Shown here: piece by piece, positions 62,285 to 64,000 of the stretch
Position numbering within the stretch: the first letter of the stretch is position 1
Layout: each line of letters starts with the position of its first letter
Assembly: GCF_006345805.1 (NCBI RefSeq)
Contig: NC_043007.1
Span: forward strand, 22,878,001-22,942,000
Source of the DNA: Octopus sinensis
Lineage: Eukaryota
DNA: 64,000 bases
Direction of reading: 5' to 3'
Translations under genes and position numbers: made by a program
The notes under the pieces: model-generated
The model's database searches: none
Told to the model about the DNA's origin: nothing
Seen by the model: the letters and a program-made list of their open reading frames with translations, nothing else

Positions 62285-63330
62285 GACCCTAGCTGTATTT
62301 TCGTCAACTTATTTTTCCCAGAGGCACCAGCGAATAGCAGTAAAAATAAATTTTCAATCAAAACTTTTAACAATTTTCAAGTTGGAGAAATCACCATTGT
62401 TTGCAAACAGGAGTTAAGTCCCCTTCTAGTGACGAGTAAGTTTTTAAGAGTTTTGTTGTCTTTTTTTTCCATCGAAGAAAAAAGTGCTTTGTTGATATAT
62501 GGGCAACACACACACACACACGAACATGTATGCAATAGGTGTACATACGTACGTGTGTGTGTATGAGTGTGTTGCCCATATATGTATATATATAAAGACT
62601 TAGTTGTGATCTGAACATAACCGCTTCTGACAGAGGATCGGGAGCCCTTTTGGGCATTCTATTTTCCTTGCTGGAAGGGTTCCCAACTCATGGGCAAATG
62701 GGGGTTAGATGATGGGGGTGGTGTTTTCAAAGGGCTGGCATGTGCAACCTGATCACCTCTGCCAATCAAACTCCCAACCCATGCGCTCCCGTCACGACAC
62801 TGATTCTGCAGAACTGGGTTGGGTGTGAAAACCAACTTTAAAGTATAAATATAAATGCTTTTGAATCAGTAATATTGTTTGGTTAAGTCCTATTTGGGGT
62901 GAAAAATCAATAAACTGATTCCTTATGGGGTTTTCCATTTAATCAGGATAAAAAAAAAAAATCGATAAACCGATTCCGTGTAGGATTTCCTAATAAAATT
63001 GGCTACACCCCATTTTCAACCATAACTTATACCAATTTTGATGTATTTTGTTCAAACTTGATGCCAGCATTACTTAGGACTCATGGGATCTTTGAATGCT
63101 CTAAGTTCTCCAAAAACGAAAAAAAAAAAAAATAATCGATGAGTAGGAAAAATCGATAAACCAATTCCTTATGGGATTACCCAATCAAGTTATCTGCGAC
63201 TCATTTTCAGCCAAATGTTTACCAAATTCAACGGATTTCGCCCAAATTTGATGTCGACGTTACTTAGTTTGGTTTGAAATAAAGAACTTGATTAGCTTAA
63301 TCCTAACTCAATCCCGGATTATACTGCTAG
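62285..63330 (+). mobile_element. Composite Helitron-like element
   Basis: Ends CCCGGATTATACTGCTAG|T and has internal subrepeats (AAAAATCGATAAACCRATTCC). Its first 310 bp or so are shared with 29360-29690. Confidence 0.5.
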
Positions 63331-64000
63331 TTTTGAGATAAAAATGAAGTCTTAGATCTACCAGAATAATTCTACAGATTAAGTGAATGAGATATGAGAT
63401 GCCAGTCAACTTAAGGAAATTGGCTTAAAGGAAGAATAAATGGAGGGAGAAGTTTAATATGTAAAATATTGATTTTTGGGTGCTGTATTAATGCCATGGT
63501 ACCATTTTACAGCTAGATGGACTGAGCAAATTTAGTTGTAACTATAAACATTGAACAGCTGTAGGATATAAACCATTTAGTGTTTTGGTGGTATTAGTCT
63601 GACAGTTTACTGAGCAATTGGTGGCTGCCCACCATTGGCGTAGCTTTGACCCTCTGACATCCAACTGGCACAGTTAGTAATGGGCCCCACGTTAAAAGTG
63701 ACCCTAGGTTAAACCACAGAAAGATATCTTCTAAATTTGGTGCATATAATCAGCTGACTAGGTAACCAGAAAACGAAAATGTAACAAATCAGCAGAAAAA
63801 AGATCTGGATTTTGTGGGTGTCTGCGAATGATGGTGTGTGTGAAAGAGAGGGTGGGATGACTGGATAGGGGTGAGTGAAATAACCGTTGCAGACAGATTA
63901 CTCACTGGGGATAAAATATGGCCAGGAATGGAGCAAAGGAAGATGGAATTAACTAACATGGTTCCCTGTGGTATTGTTGTTGTTTAACCAAGGTCAGACT

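Overview
This is AT-rich, repeat-dense animal genomic DNA. The abundant tRNA-derived SINE families and (TA)n/(TAGA)n tracts suggest an octopod cephalopod, but that is inference. It contains the last coding exon of RNase kappa (RNASEK, 2070-2291) and three intact spliced paralogous genes that I reconstructed exon by exon: gene A (+, 16555-23500, 13 exons, 490 aa), gene B (+, 34376-38325, 12 exons, 524 aa) and gene C (-, 51661-45916, 13 exons, 506 aa). They encode ExoU/VipD-like patatin (PNPLA-fold) proteins. The main finding is that all three have Gly in place of the catalytic Ser of the G-x-S-x-G elbow (GVGTG, GVGTG, GMGSG) and Cys in the glycine-rich oxyanion loop (GCG), yet keep the DGG Asp, open frames, GT-AG splice sites and an N-myristoylation start (MGxxxS). 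This points to a membrane-anchored pseudo-phospholipase cluster. Gene B has also lost one intron precisely. The rest is transposon-derived: a young Mag-like Gypsy element (5-bp TSD) nested in an older Gypsy, a 5'-truncated Tx1/L1-like LINE that shares its 3' tail with the commonest SINE, CR1 and RTE fragments, Tigger/pogo, mariner, maT and hAT remnants, several MITE families and non-autonomous Helitrons. All annotation was done by eye, and repeat boundaries are approximate unless TSDs or TIRs are quoted.
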